Below are positions 63,130 through 64,000 of a stretch of DNA of 64,000 nucleotides, piece by piece. A program made the translations under genes and the position numbers. The DNA is from Macrostomum hystrix. Lineage: Eukaryota > Animalia > Platyhelminthes. The notes below the pieces were generated by a model. It was not told where the DNA came from, ran no database searches, and saw only the letters and a list, made by a program, of their open reading frames with translations. The stretch is taken from contig CATNEN010000002.1 of NCBI GenBank assembly GCA_950097015.1, forward strand, positions 1,612,001-1,676,000. Reading direction: 5' to 3'. Position 1 is the first letter of the stretch. Every line of letters begins with the position of its first letter.

Positions 63130-63520
63130 CTCATCTTCTATATAACTAAAGATGAAAACTATCTATATATATGTATGCGCGATCGATTTTCTCAAAAACG
63201 GCTTAACTGATTTTCACTATTTCTTCACCAAAAGATGCCAAATATGGGGACAATTATACACGTATTTTTATTAAGCTTAAATTTATTGCTAAAGGGATTA
63301 AATATTAGAAAAACTGTTTTAGATAGGATTTTTAATGCATTCAACCAGAGCCAGTTTTGTCAACGTGCACACCACTGCCAATTTTAATGATTGCATCAGG
63401 GCCAGTTTTGTTAAAAGTGAGTACACTGATAAGAATTTCACTGTGTCAACCCCACTGGCGAGACAGTCAGTGCGAATTTATTTATAAATAGACTAGCTTT
63501 TTTTGCCCGTTGTTTTTGGG
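63130..63520. mobile_element. Possible non-autonomous Helitron remnant(s)
   Basis: tctatataactaaagatgaaa...gatcgattttctcaaaaacggcttaactgatttt resembles 5' ends of invertebrate Helitrons; actagc-ttttttt-gcccg at ~63492 resembles a reversed CTAG 3' end. Confidence 0.35.
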
Positions 63521-63735
63521 GCAGAAATTTAAAGCAAAGCAGTAAGCAATTCACGTCTCTGTATTAACTTTATAGTGAAGGTCACCATTTATTTATTTAC
63601 TGCATTAATGAAAAGTGAAGAGTTTGTTTAAGGGCGTTCGCGTTTTAAGTAAAAAATAAGTGAAAAGTTTGTCCAAACAGCCCCCTCTTGATTACTTCTT
63701 TAGAAACATGTCTCTTAGCCACTCCTCTATACAGT

Positions 63736-64000
63736 CAGTGGCAGATCCAGGAATTTTGTTTTGGGGCGGTCTGTCAGGGGAGCGCCATGAGAATCACAGA
63801 GGGGGTGCCAGCGGCCGAAAAAGGGCGCCAGGAGCCAAGAAAGGGCGCCAGCGGCTGAAAAACGGGAGCCAGCGGCTGAAAAAGGGGCGCCAGCGGCCGA
63901 AAAGGGGCGCCAGTGCTGCGACTGGCGCCCCTGGTTGGGGCATCTTATTCCCATGATTAAAATTTAAGGGGGCGACTGCCCCCCCGCCCCCCCCCCTATA
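63736..64000. mobile_element. MITE-like non-autonomous DNA element, truncated by the window edge
   Basis: Begins cagtggcagatccagga, has internal ggcgccagcggc repeats and ends gggggcgactgcccccc, the usual layout of CAGTGGCGGATCC-TIR elements. The second TIR would lie past 64000. Confidence 0.5.

Overview
Eukaryotic (invertebrate) genomic DNA. GC-rich exons with polyQ/polyA runs, GT-AG introns of 36 nt to several kb, and about 28 different minisatellite/microsatellite arrays (~22 kb, ~35% of the window). The style fits a free-living flatworm such as Macrostomum; that is an inference, not shown by the sequence. Genes I could splice by hand with compatible phases: two minus-strand secreted/membrane Cys-rich units (80-3024; EGF/TNFR-like exons 6200-8984), a small type I membrane protein (12327-13948), an intronless AP-3 sigma gene (15469-16041), a Kv3/Shaw K+ channel (23929-38429), a thymine-DNA glycosylase TDG (50981-56168), an Rpr2/SNM1-type zinc protein resembling C18orf21/RMP24 (56431-58411), and the BRCT-bearing 5' end of a probable PARP4 (61426-62850, continues off the window). 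Mobile DNA: a 5'-truncated RTE-type LINE inserted inside a minisatellite, two tRNA-derived SINE families, and probable Helitron and MITE remnants. Best leads: (1) a candidate trans-spliced operon, RMP24-like to TDG, with an AATAAA, a U-rich tract and an acceptor within 240 bp; (2) a shared ACAGGT/CAGGT core in otherwise unrelated minisatellites; (3) a Kv3 with a degenerate, proline-containing S4 and a Cys/His-rich N-terminus. No database searches were run; family calls rest on recalled motifs.
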